A stretch of 64,000 nucleotides of DNA from contig CBDFIQ010000001.1 in NCBI GenBank assembly GCA_965248195.1, positions 1,152,001 through 1,216,000 of the forward strand. The letters are read 5' to 3'. This DNA is from Longimicrobiales bacterium. GTDB taxonomy: Bacteria > Gemmatimonadota > Gemmatimonadetes > Longimicrobiales > Gaopeijiaceae. The notes beneath the pieces were generated by a model, which saw only the letters and a program-made list of their open reading frames with translations, was not told where the DNA came from and did no database searches. Both the position numbers and the translations under genes were made by a program. Within the stretch, counting starts at the first letter, position 1. Each line of letters begins with the position of its first letter. Of the stretch, positions 39,890 to 48,921 are shown piece by piece.

Positions 39890-40867
39890 CTACCTGACAG
39901 TCACCCTGACGTATCCGTTGGTCCAGCAGCACTGGTTCCCCGAGGAGCTGTCCGGCGCACTCCAGTTGTCCACCCGCGCTAGCATGAGATACTCACCCGG
40001 CTCGGAGAACGTCACTATCACGCGGGCCACGCCATACCCCTCCGAAAGGGGGATAATCTGGGGTCCGGGGGGGGGACCAGCATCATCACCATCGCCAGCG
40101 GCGACAGCAGCAGAGTCCGGCTCCTCCTCATCCACCTCAGGGAGCGGGTTGGACTCATGCCGAGTGAACTCGACCGGTCCGGGACCCTGGAGCTGGGACC
40201 ACACCACGCGAAGGGGGATGGCCTCCCGAAACCGGAAATCCTCGGAATCCCTCTCCGAAGGATCCGTCGCGTTGACCGAAAGGGTGAGGGGAGAGCCTAC
40301 CGCGACAGTCTGCGTACGTTCTGCCATGATGCCCGGAGGTCCCCGGCCCACGCCGGAATCCGAGTCGAAGGAAACGCTGGGAGGGAGACTACCGTGTGGC
40401 CGGGCCATCCAGTCCAATTGATAGGCAACGGCCCCGATCCGGCCGGGCACTCTCGTGACGTCACCGTTCTCCTTGGTAAGGGTCCACCAGACGTCCTGGT
40501 CCCTCATGTTCGCCGACAGATCAGCGGTGAAGAGCCCCCGGTGGTGTCCAGGAAAAAAGACGGTGGGCTGCATTCCGTTGAACTGCGCCGGCTCGAGAAA
40601 ATTGTCCTCTCCGACAGGAATATACAGCGTGTCGTCGTTGAGATTTAGGTACCCGAAGGAGATGCTGAACGTCCCGTCTTCATTCGCATACCAGCCCTCC
40701 ATAAAGGGCGCAAGGGTGCGATTCCCGGGAGCGTTGGGCTGCAGGGGCCAACGGCCATCCGGCCCCGGCCCTGTCACCTGGGACTCGAGTGCCGTTGGAC
40801 CGGCCAAAGCACCCCATAGAAGCAGAGCGAAGGCCACACCACCCACGGTCATACGGATCTGCATCAT
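39890..40867 (-). CDS. Secreted hypothetical partner protein B2
   Basis: Paralog of B1; CCWTNGYV; AAGGAG RBS. Confidence 0.85.
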   Translation of the reverse strand: MMQIRMTVGGVAFALLLWGALAGPTALESQVTGPGPDGRWPLQPNAPGNRTLAPFMEGWYANEDGTFSISFGYLNLNDDTLYIPVGEDNFLEPAQFNGMQPTVFFPGHHRGLFTADLSANMRDQDVWWTLTKENGDVTRVPGRIGAVAYQLDWMARPHGSLPPSVSFDSDSGVGRGPPGIMAERTQTVAVGSPLTLSVNATDPSERDSEDFRFREAIPLRVVWSQLQGPGPVEFTRHESNPLPEVDEEEPDSAAVAAGDGDDAGPPPGPQIIPLSEGYGVARVIVTFSEPGEYLMLARVDNWSAPDSSSGNQCCWTNGYVRVTVR

Positions 40868-40929
40868 GGACTCCTTCTCGATTATTCGAGCGTCCGGGAG
40901 AAGGCGGGTCGGTGTACCCAATCTTGATT

Positions 40930-41931
40930 CTACCGCGTTACGTTCACCCTGACGTAGCCGTTGGTCCAGCAGCACTGGTCCCCATCGCCGCTGTCCGCCG
41001 CACCGAAGTTGTCCACCCTGGCTCGCATGATGTACTCACCGGGCTCGGTGAACGTAACGATCACGCGGGCTGTGCCTTGCCCCTCTGAAAGCGGGATAAC
41101 CTCGGGCCCGCACGGGTCTTCACGCCGGCGTCGGGCAGCGGCGGCGGCGCCACCGGCGGCGGCGACAGCAGCAGAGTCCGGCTCCTCCTCCTCATCCTCC
41201 TCCACCTCAGGGTTGGATTCGTGCCGCGTATACTCGACACGACCGGGACCCTGAAGCTGGGACCATACCACACGAAGGCCAATTTCCGCGAAGCGGAAAT
41301 CGTCCAGATCCCTCTCCGAAGGGTCCCTCGCGTTGATCGAGAGGGTGAGCGGATCCCCCACCGAGACGGTCTCCGTACGCTCTGCCATGAGGCCTGGAGG
41401 TCCTCGGCCCTCACCGCGCTGCGAATCGAAGGAGACCAGGGCAGGGAGACTGCCGTGAGGCCGGGCCATCCAGTCCAATTGGTAGGCAATCGCATTGGTT
41501 CGGCCGGGCACTCGTGTGACGTCGCCGTTCGCTTTGCGAAGGGTCCACCAGACATCCTCGTCCTTCATGTTCGCCGGCAGATCGGCGGTGAAGAGCCCTC
41601 TTTGGTGTCCAGGAAAAAAGACGGTGGGCTGCATTCCGTTGAACTGAGCCGGCTCGAGGAAATTGTTCTCCCCAACAGGAATATACAGCGTGTCGTCGTT
41701 GAGATTGAGGTACCCGAAGGAGATGCTGAACGTCCCGTCTTCGTTCTCGTACCAGCCCTCCATGAAGGGGGCAAGGGTGCGATTTCCGGGAGAGTTGGGC
41801 TGCAGGGGCCAACGGCCATCCGGCCCCGGCCCCGTCACTTGAGCCTCGAGTGCCGTTGGACCAGCTGGACCAGCCAAAGGACCCCAGAGCAGCAGCGCGA
41901 CGGCCACGCCACACACGCTCATGCGAAGCAT
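40930..41931 (-). CDS. Secreted hypothetical partner protein B3
   Basis: Paralog of B1/B2; CCWTNGYV; AAGGAG RBS. Confidence 0.85.
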   Translation of the reverse strand: MLRMSVCGVAVALLLWGPLAGPAGPTALEAQVTGPGPDGRWPLQPNSPGNRTLAPFMEGWYENEDGTFSISFGYLNLNDDTLYIPVGENNFLEPAQFNGMQPTVFFPGHQRGLFTADLPANMKDEDVWWTLRKANGDVTRVPGRTNAIAYQLDWMARPHGSLPALVSFDSQRGEGRGPPGLMAERTETVSVGDPLTLSINARDPSERDLDDFRFAEIGLRVVWSQLQGPGRVEYTRHESNPEVEEDEEEEPDSAAVAAAGGAAAAARRRREDPCGPEVIPLSEGQGTARVIVTFTEPGEYIMRARVDNFGAADSGDGDQCCWTNGYVRVNVTR

Positions 41932-41990
41932 CGTAAACTCCTTCTCGAAATGTTGGAGGGTCGAATCTAAGGCGGGCTTGTGAAATAAGC

Positions 41991-42042
41991 GATGGGGACC
42001 GAAGGAGCTTGCGGTTGCTCCAAGCGTCCTTCGATCCCCATC
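41991..42042 (-). terminator. Conserved hairpin H3 between A3 and B3
   Basis: Same stem as H1/H2 with a variant loop. Confidence 0.7.
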
Positions 42043-42070
42043 ACATCCAGCATGTAAAGCGACCTGATAA

Positions 42071-43441
42071 TCAGTTCCTAGCAGCGATCCTCTGCTCTTC
42101 GTCCGTCTTCCGCTCTTCCATGAGTCTGTCGTAGCCCTCCTCATCGAGATGGGTCACGGCGATCCAGAAATGGGACATCTCGTCCGCGGTTCGGCTGCCC
42201 CCATCCACCCACTGATCCGGATCGGGGTTGTTGGGGTTGCCGGCCGTGTTGTCGTACCACTGCTTCATTACGAGTACCGCACCGGCCGGGACCAGGGGCG
42301 CCGCGTCATCTTCGAAAATGTGGCTCTGGTGCCAGGTGGCGCTCCAGTTGGAGACCATGCCGATGATCTCCGTCCGTCCGGTCTCCGGATAGAAGATCTC
42401 CAAAGACGCAGACCGCAGCCGCAGGTGCCCGTGGGGCTGGAAGCTGTCGATGCGGACCGGATGGTCGAAGCTCTTGAAGCCCTGAGTCATGGTCGTTCCG
42501 TGCGGCGGCATGACGAGCTCACCTTCACGGATCCCGTAGAGCGACAGATCCTGCTTGTACTCGTACTCGTAGTCGGCCGGATGGAGCCAGATGCCCAAAT
42601 CGACCACGTTACCCTCGATCACGTCGTTGGCGGCAGTCGCTCCGAGCCCGCCCGGATACATGTGGATGTCCCAGCGAATATAAGAATCTGGGGGGATCAC
42701 CCGGCAAACGCCGTCGGGAATGATCTCACCCAGCTTGCCCATGGCGTACTCGGTTGCCCGGTCCCCCGACGCCTCGAAGCTGCCGTCTTCCTGAATGAGC
42801 TGGAAGGTCGAGTTGGCGTGGTGGACCACCGTCTTGGCAACCCCACGAGGCTTCACCTGAAGGGCTTTGATGCAGCGTTCCTCGCTACCGATCATGCCTT
42901 GCACCTTGACGATCGGACGGTGCCACATGTCCAACCCGGCGGCGGGCACGTCGATGGGCGTCGAGGGGGCAAGCAGGTCCGGCGGACCGAACTCGGCCGC
43001 CAACGACCAGTCGTCGGTGTCGAGCAAGTTCAACTCCGGAATCTCGTCCCTATTGCCGAGCGGCGCACCCTGGTCGACCCAGGCAACGACGGTGTTGATG
43101 TCTTCCTGGGAGAGACGCCAATCGTGCTGAAGCTCCTGGATGCCGACATCGTTGTCGTAGTAATACGGCGGCATCTGGCGGTTCTCTACTTTGATCTTGA
43201 TGAGGGGCGCATACATCCGGACGTCCTCGTAGGTCACGAGCTCCATGGGCCCGATTCCACCCGCGCGGTGGCAGACCGTGCAGTTCTCCTGGATGATGGA
43301 CGCCACGTCCGCCGAGTAGGTCAGGTCCACGTCGTTCGTCGACGCGAAGGTGGCCTGGGCCTGGGCTGTGCTCTGGAAAGCGAAGGCCGCGACGAGTGCG
43401 AGAGTGGCGGCTCCGATCCAGAGCCGTTTCTGCAGTTCCAT
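42071..43441 (-). CDS. Secreted cytochrome c / copper type II monooxygenase, copy A3
   Basis: CTVCH, VVHHAN, DIHMY, PHGH, DEMSH; start set by alignment with A1/A2. Confidence 0.85.
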   Translation of the reverse strand: MELQKRLWIGAATLALVAAFAFQSTAQAQATFASTNDVDLTYSADVASIIQENCTVCHRAGGIGPMELVTYEDVRMYAPLIKIKVENRQMPPYYYDNDVGIQELQHDWRLSQEDINTVVAWVDQGAPLGNRDEIPELNLLDTDDWSLAAEFGPPDLLAPSTPIDVPAAGLDMWHRPIVKVQGMIGSEERCIKALQVKPRGVAKTVVHHANSTFQLIQEDGSFEASGDRATEYAMGKLGEIIPDGVCRVIPPDSYIRWDIHMYPGGLGATAANDVIEGNVVDLGIWLHPADYEYEYKQDLSLYGIREGELVMPPHGTTMTQGFKSFDHPVRIDSFQPHGHLRLRSASLEIFYPETGRTEIIGMVSNWSATWHQSHIFEDDAAPLVPAGAVLVMKQWYDNTAGNPNNPDPDQWVDGGSRTADEMSHFWIAVTHLDEEGYDRLMEERKTDEEQRIAARN

Positions 43442-43527
43442 GATGGTCCTCTCCCTCAATACGGGTGAACTACAACCAAAAAAATCACCGAAAGCCCAGA
43501 TCCTTCCTGGGGACCGACATTCCTCCG

Positions 43528-43555
43528 AATCTACCTCGACCCGGAGGGAACCCAA
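43528..43555 (-). promoter_or_regulatory. Conserved putative promoter of A3
   Basis: TTGGGT-N16-TAGATT. Confidence 0.5.
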
Positions 43556-43857
43556 TATACGCCCTGCCACGGGGCTTGGCGAGCCCCCGGTGACGAGGTG
43601 ATATACGAATGGCCTGGCGATGGTGCGAGTCTTTGTTTTCCAGGCATTTATGGCCGTGTTGCTCGAAAAACAAATACCCGATCCAGTCGGGAGCGTTCCC
43701 GCGCCGCCCACGGCATCCCCAGCACCATTAATTCAGACACGGGACCGCTCGCAAGCATTGAGGAAGGTACCCACACGTGCGTCTTCTTGCGCAAACCGTG
43801 ATTTACGATACAGTGCGCCAGCGGCATCACCCTCGATCAACGGCAAGGGAGTCTCCC

Positions 43858-44049
43858 ATGGCGGCATACACCTGTGATAAGTGCGGGATGAGCGTGAACA
43901 TGACGTGTGGTCAGTGTGGGCAGGACCTCGTGCATGACACGCTTACCACGGACGACGGCGGCACCGTGGCGGTATCCAAGTGCCCGGAAGGACACGGCAT
44001 GATCAAGTCGCCGATGTGCTGCGCACAGGACATGGCCTGCGCGGTCTAG
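43858..44049 (+). CDS. 63-aa Cys-rich metal-binding protein (desulforedoxin/Zn-ribbon-like)
   Basis: AAGGGAG RBS; YTCDKCG, CGQCG, CPEGH, PMCCAQDM. Confidence 0.8.
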   Translation: MAAYTCDKCGMSVNMTCGQCGQDLVHDTLTTDDGGTVAVSKCPEGHGMIKSPMCCAQDMACAV

Positions 44050-44113
44050 CTGTAAGCGTCAGTCTGTTCCTCTTTCCGGCTCTGCTGGAAAGCACTGGTG
44101 GCCGGAGAAATCC

Positions 44114-46438
44114 CTAGGGGGCGCGGGCCTCCTGCTTACCCTCGGTGTCACCCTCGGGTTGGGCTTTTTGGGCCGCAGTTTGGGTCTCCGGTGCGGCCTG
44201 GGTCTCCTCCGCAGCTTGGTCCTCCGGTGCGGCGCTCTGGGCCTGCCCCAGCAACCGAGCCTTTACCTCGCGGCGGCGTGCGTGAAGCACCCTCTCAGTG
44301 TAACCATTCAGTTCTTTGCTGCCATCGAACACCAACTCCAGAGCGGCCTGGAACTCGGAGCTCGACGAAAGGTCGGGGGCCATGGGCCGGTAGTGGGGGT
44401 CTCCCTGGTTTTGCCCGTCGACTACCGCTGCCATGGCCTCGAACGTGCTCGTCACCTGATCCGCGGTGATGAGACCGTGATGGAGCCAATTCGCGATGTG
44501 TTGGCTCGAAATGCGCAACGTCGCGCGGTCCTCCATCAGCGCAACGTCATTCATGTCGGGGACCTTGGAGCAGCCGATCCCCTGGCCGACCCAGCGGACC
44601 ACGTAACCCAGGATGCCCTGCGCGTTGTTGTCCAACTCGTTCTGGATTTCCTCGTCGGTCAAACGCCGATCCCCGAGCAGGGGTAGGGTCAGGATGGCGT
44701 CCAAGTCGGCGCGCTCTCGGTCGGCCAGTTCGGACTGAACGGCCCGGACGTTTACCCGATGGTAGTGCGTGGCGTGCAACGTGGCTGCGGTGGGCGAGGG
44801 CACCCAGGCAGTGTTGGCACCGGCTCGGGGGTGGCCGATCTTCGCCTCGACCATCGCGCGCATGATGTCCGGCGCGGCCCACATCCCCTTTCCGATCTGC
44901 GCCACGCCGGGGAGACCGCACTCGATCCCCACGTCCACGTTCCAGTCCTCGTACGCGAGCATCCACGGGCAGCTCTTGATTTCCGGTTTTGGGATCATGG
45001 CCCCGGCTGCCATGCTCGTGTGGATCTCATCTCCGGTGCGGTCGAGAAACCCGGTATTGATGAAAATCAGGCGGTTCGCTGCCGCGCGGATGCACTGCTT
45101 CAGGTTGACGGTCGTCCGCCGCTCTTCGTCCATGATACCGATCTTCAGCGTTCGCTTCGGCATCCCCAGAGCCTGCTCGACCCGACCGAACAACTCCACC
45201 GTGGCGGCAACCTCCTCGGGCCCGTGCATCTTGGGCTTCACTATATAGACGTTGCCCGTACGGCTGTTGCGTATGGGGCCGTCGCCTTGGAGGTCGTGGA
45301 GGGCGCAGGAGGAGGTGATCAGGGCGTCGAGGAAACCCTCCGGGATGGGCTCGCCAGCCGCCGTGGTGACGGCGTCGGTGTACATGTGAATCCCGACGTT
45401 GCGCACCAGGAGCAGGCTACGGCCTGGCAGTTTGAGCGCCTTGCCGCTCGGGTCTTGATACGTGAGATCCTCATTGAGCGAGCGCGTCAGGGCCCGGCCG
45501 TCCTTCTCGAAGGTGGTCGTGAGCGTTCCCCTCATGATCCCCAGCCAGTTGCGATACAGGACGGTTTTGTCCTCCGCGTCGACTGCCGAGACGGAATCCT
45601 CGCAGTCCTGGATGGTCGTAATGGCGCTCTCCATCACCACGTCGTAGACGCCCGCCGGATGCGCCTTGCCGACGGCGTGATCACGATCGATCCGGATATC
45701 GATGTGGAGGCCATGGTTGCAAAGGAGCACGCTGCTCACCCGCCCGTCCTCGAGCTGGAAGCCGGCGAAGTGGGCCGGGTCGGCCGGCGCCGTTCTCCGG
45801 TCATCGGCGAGCACGCACACGAGGCGGCTCGGACCGTCGTAATTTTCGACGACGAAGTCGGTGACTTCCGAGTAGAGGCCTTCCCTCAGGGGAACGACGT
45901 CGTCGAGAAAGCGCTCGGTCCATTCCACGACCCGGGCTCCCCGCACCGGATTGTAGGCGGCTCCTCGTTCCGCCCCGTCTTCCTCGCTGATGACATCGGT
46001 GCCGTAGAGGGCGTCATAGAGGCTACCCCAGCGCGCATTCGCCGCGTTCAGGGCGTACCGGGCGTTGTCCACCGGCACCACGAGTTGCGGCCCCGCGATC
46101 GACGAGATCTCCGGATCCACATCGTCCGTCGTGATCGCGAACGGGCCCTCCTCCTCGAGCAGATAGCCCGTCTCCGCGAGGAATCGCCTGTAAGCGGCCG
46201 GGTCGAGGGTCTCGCTCGCTCGTTCCTGATGCCATGCATCGAGCCGTTTTTCGTGACGGGCGCGCATGTCGAGGAGGCGGCGATTCTCGGGTCCGAGTTC
46301 CTTGACCATGGCCCCTAGCGACCTCCAGACCGCGTCGGGATCGAGGCCTGTGCCGGGTGCGATCTCGGATTGTACGAGGTCGTAGAGGGGCTTCGCGATC
46401 CTGAGGTTCGCTACGGTGATCGGCTCGAGTGCGCTCAT
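44114..46438 (-). CDS. glcB: Malate synthase G
   Basis: [79 protein letters not shown]. Confidence 0.98.
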   Translation of the reverse strand: MSALEPITVANLRIAKPLYDLVQSEIAPGTGLDPDAVWRSLGAMVKELGPENRRLLDMRARHEKRLDAWHQERASETLDPAAYRRFLAETGYLLEEEGPFAITTDDVDPEISSIAGPQLVVPVDNARYALNAANARWGSLYDALYGTDVISEEDGAERGAAYNPVRGARVVEWTERFLDDVVPLREGLYSEVTDFVVENYDGPSRLVCVLADDRRTAPADPAHFAGFQLEDGRVSSVLLCNHGLHIDIRIDRDHAVGKAHPAGVYDVVMESAITTIQDCEDSVSAVDAEDKTVLYRNWLGIMRGTLTTTFEKDGRALTRSLNEDLTYQDPSGKALKLPGRSLLLVRNVGIHMYTDAVTTAAGEPIPEGFLDALITSSCALHDLQGDGPIRNSRTGNVYIVKPKMHGPEEVAATVELFGRVEQALGMPKRTLKIGIMDEERRTTVNLKQCIRAAANRLIFINTGFLDRTGDEIHTSMAAGAMIPKPEIKSCPWMLAYEDWNVDVGIECGLPGVAQIGKGMWAAPDIMRAMVEAKIGHPRAGANTAWVPSPTAATLHATHYHRVNVRAVQSELADRERADLDAILTLPLLGDRRLTDEEIQNELDNNAQGILGYVVRWVGQGIGCSKVPDMNDVALMEDRATLRISSQHIANWLHHGLITADQVTSTFEAMAAVVDGQNQGDPHYRPMAPDLSSSSEFQAALELVFDGSKELNGYTERVLHARRREVKARLLGQAQSAAPEDQAAEETQAAPETQTAAQKAQPEGDTEGKQEARAP

Positions 46439-46560
46439 GGTTTGGGGGGCTCCTAGACCAGGGTTCACACCGGCGTGCCACGCCTTCGAGGGAGCGTGAC
46501 TCCGGAGGCCGCCGTCTGGCAGCTCGGCGGACTGCTACTCAGCGAGCCATATCGCGTTAG

Positions 46561-47919
46561 CTATTGGCCACCGCCGCCTTGGGTCGCGAGCTGCCGTTGG
46601 CGCTCCTGCCGCCGCGTCATCATCGTGTCGTACTCCTCCTGCTCCAGCCGGGTTGTGCCGACCCACATGTGAGACATCTCGTCCACACCGCGCCTGCCGA
46701 ACACCACCCACTGATTGGGATCCGGATTGAGTGGATTTTCGGCGCTGTTGTCGAAGACGGATGTGAACAGAAGCATCGTACCGGCGGGAAGGAGGGGCTT
46801 GGCGTCCTCCTCGAACTGGTAGGAAAGCTGCCAAATGTGCCTATAGTCCGAGACTTTGCCGAGCATTTCCCTGCGGCCATCCGGGTAGATAGCCTCCATG
46901 GACATCTCTTTGCCGCGCATGTGCATGTGCGGCCGGAAGCTGCTGATCAGGGTCGGGGTGGTGAGTACGTGGATGCCTTGGAGAACCTGCTCACCGTACG
47001 GCGGGATAAGAATGTCGCCGCCCCGCGGCATACCGTTCATCCGGTCGACCCTGTAGAGGACCTCTCCTCGGGTCTCGATCTCGGGTCGCTCACCCTCCGG
47101 GTAAAACCAAAGCCCGACATCGACCACGTCGTTCTCTACGACTTCACCGACCGGGAAGTAGTGGATATTAAACGACGCCTCAGCTTCCCCGGCGGGAAGC
47201 AACATCCCGATACCCTCAGGGAACGTCTCATAGCGCTTTCCGACTCCGTAATGCGCGATTCCGACGGTCTGGTCCGCGAACCGGAGGCTCGCGTGGCCGT
47301 GATGGACGACCTTGAGGCCATTCGGATACGCTGGTTTGAACTCATACCCTTTGATCCAGCGGTCCTCGTTGGCCCCCTCGAACTTCTGAGTGGGCCCCCA
47401 CCACTGATCCTGGCCGTTGGCTATCACGTCGTACGCTGCAGATGAGACCACCACATCCGGCGGCCGGCCATACATTTCCTCGAGTACCCAAGCACCGCCC
47501 TCCGCGAGCCGGGGAGGCGGGGGCATATCCGCATCGTCACCCTTGAGCGCACCGCCATCCGCCCACCGGACGATCGTCTCGATCTCGTCGTCGGTCAGCG
47601 CCGCGTCGTTCTCGTAGGCCTGAATACCCACCGTGCGATCGACGTGCCAGGGCGGCATTTGGCGGGTTTGCACTTTGATTTTCATCAGCGGTGCGTACAG
47701 CCGGGCGGTCTCATACGTGAGGAGCGACATCGGCGCGAACGAGCCGGGCCGGTGACACTGGACGCAATTCTCGTAAAGGATCGGCGCCACGTCCCTGGTG
47801 AACGTGACGTCTTGTGCATCGAGTGCCCCCACGGGGAGCGCCGACGCGATCACCAAGGTCGAGGCTAGAACTCCGAGGCTCCGCCGGAAGTGGAATCGTG
47901 GTGAACGGTCTCTCCTCAT
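46561..47919 (-). CDS. Secreted cytochrome c / copper type II monooxygenase, divergent copy A4
   Basis: VTFTRDVAPIL, CVQCH, QMPPW, VVHHGH, NIHY, PHMH, DEMSH; AAGGAG RBS. Confidence 0.85.
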   Translation of the reverse strand: MRRDRSPRFHFRRSLGVLASTLVIASALPVGALDAQDVTFTRDVAPILYENCVQCHRPGSFAPMSLLTYETARLYAPLMKIKVQTRQMPPWHVDRTVGIQAYENDAALTDDEIETIVRWADGGALKGDDADMPPPPRLAEGGAWVLEEMYGRPPDVVVSSAAYDVIANGQDQWWGPTQKFEGANEDRWIKGYEFKPAYPNGLKVVHHGHASLRFADQTVGIAHYGVGKRYETFPEGIGMLLPAGEAEASFNIHYFPVGEVVENDVVDVGLWFYPEGERPEIETRGEVLYRVDRMNGMPRGGDILIPPYGEQVLQGIHVLTTPTLISSFRPHMHMRGKEMSMEAIYPDGRREMLGKVSDYRHIWQLSYQFEEDAKPLLPAGTMLLFTSVFDNSAENPLNPDPNQWVVFGRRGVDEMSHMWVGTTRLEQEEYDTMMTRRQERQRQLATQGGGGQ

Positions 47920-47972
47920 AATTGCTTCTCCTTGAGCCAACCAACGAGGATATCGTGCACAGAATGCACCAT

Positions 47973-48036
47973 ATCCCGAATCCTTACGACGAGATCGGTC
48001 TATAATCCCGAATCCTTACGATGGGATCAGTCTATT
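47973..48036. repeat. 32-bp tandem duplication (28/32) including the B4 stop codon
   Basis: atcccgaatccttacgacgagatcggtctata / atcccgaatccttacgatgggatcagtctatt. Confidence 0.85.
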
Positions 48037-48865
48037 CTACAACCCTAACCGGGACATAGCCATTCGTCCAACAACAGTGGAATTCGAAGGCAGCGGTCGT
48101 GTCGATCGCCTGCACCCGGATCAGGTAATCCCCGGGTTCGGTGAAGCTGGCGGTCGTGGTTGCCATGCCGTATGCCTTGTCGACCATGATCTCCGATTCG
48201 GCGAAATCGACCCTTCCGGGGCCCTGATGGTGGGTCCAAGCCACCCAAGTCCGATCGGCGGGGTGGTCGACCCAGACGCTCAGAGTGAGCGGATCGCCCA
48301 CGGACACCGTGCGCGGCTCCCCGGTGTAACCGGTCCGCCCCTGAAATTCGGTTCCATTCGTCTCGAACCTGAGCATTGGTGCTACGTCACCGCGGCCACC
48401 GGAGACCAATTCATCCAGGACGTAGCTTGGAAGCACCTTGCCCGGTGTCGAGATGGCTTCGCCGCCATGTGTACTTAGCGTCCAGACGACCTCACGGTCA
48501 CCGAAGTCCGCGGGCACGTTGACGGTGAAGACACAGAAATGCCGCCGATAGCGCGCCGCGGGTACCTGATCGAAGTGCGTCGGCTGCGCTCCGTCGAACT
48601 CTGTCGGTGCGATGAAGTTGGCGGGGCCGAGGGGAATGTCGAGGGCTTCTTCGGTGTTGAGGTTGAAATACCCGAAGCAGATCTCGTACGTATCGTCGGG
48701 ATTCTGATAGTAGCCCTCGTAAAGAGGGATGACGGGCTGCCCGGAGGGTCGAAGAACTTGCTCGTTGAAAGCGCGCTGGGAAACGGGAGTAACCTGAGCC
48801 TCGCCGGAGGCCACGAAAAGCAGCGCCAAAGCCATGCCACTGATACACAAAAGCCACCGCGTCAT
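48032..48865 (-). CDS. Secreted hypothetical partner protein, divergent copy B4
   Basis: PLYEGYYQNPDD, CFGYFNLN, QPTHF, QGPGRV, PGDY, CCWTNGYV. Confidence 0.85.
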   Translation of the reverse strand: MTRWLLCISGMALALLFVASGEAQVTPVSQRAFNEQVLRPSGQPVIPLYEGYYQNPDDTYEICFGYFNLNTEEALDIPLGPANFIAPTEFDGAQPTHFDQVPAARYRRHFCVFTVNVPADFGDREVVWTLSTHGGEAISTPGKVLPSYVLDELVSGGRGDVAPMLRFETNGTEFQGRTGYTGEPRTVSVGDPLTLSVWVDHPADRTWVAWTHHQGPGRVDFAESEIMVDKAYGMATTTASFTEPGDYLIRVQAIDTTAAFEFHCCWTNGYVPVRVVE

Positions 48866-48921
48866 CGAGTTTTCTCTGGGTGGTGGGGTGCGGCATACTG
48901 GGCGCAGGGACTCACGAACTG

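Noticed and set aside
37735..39897. 720-aa plus-strand ORF (also 42149-43468, 44759-46318 and similar)
   Set aside because: Antisense shadows of well-supported minus-strand genes in GC-rich DNA; no motifs.
37216..41931. B proteins as true PAL (peptidyl-alpha-hydroxyglycine lyase) homologs
   Set aside because: No NHL/beta-propeller repeats visible; only a functional analogy remains possible.
35604..42042. Repeated hairpins as a CRISPR array
   Set aside because: Kilobases apart, each tied to a paralog's 3' end; no spacers or cas genes.
43442..43711. N-terminal extensions of A3, B2, B3 and others in the ORF track
   Set aside because: Paralog alignment, RBS and signal peptides place the starts downstream; extensions cross promoters or hairpins.
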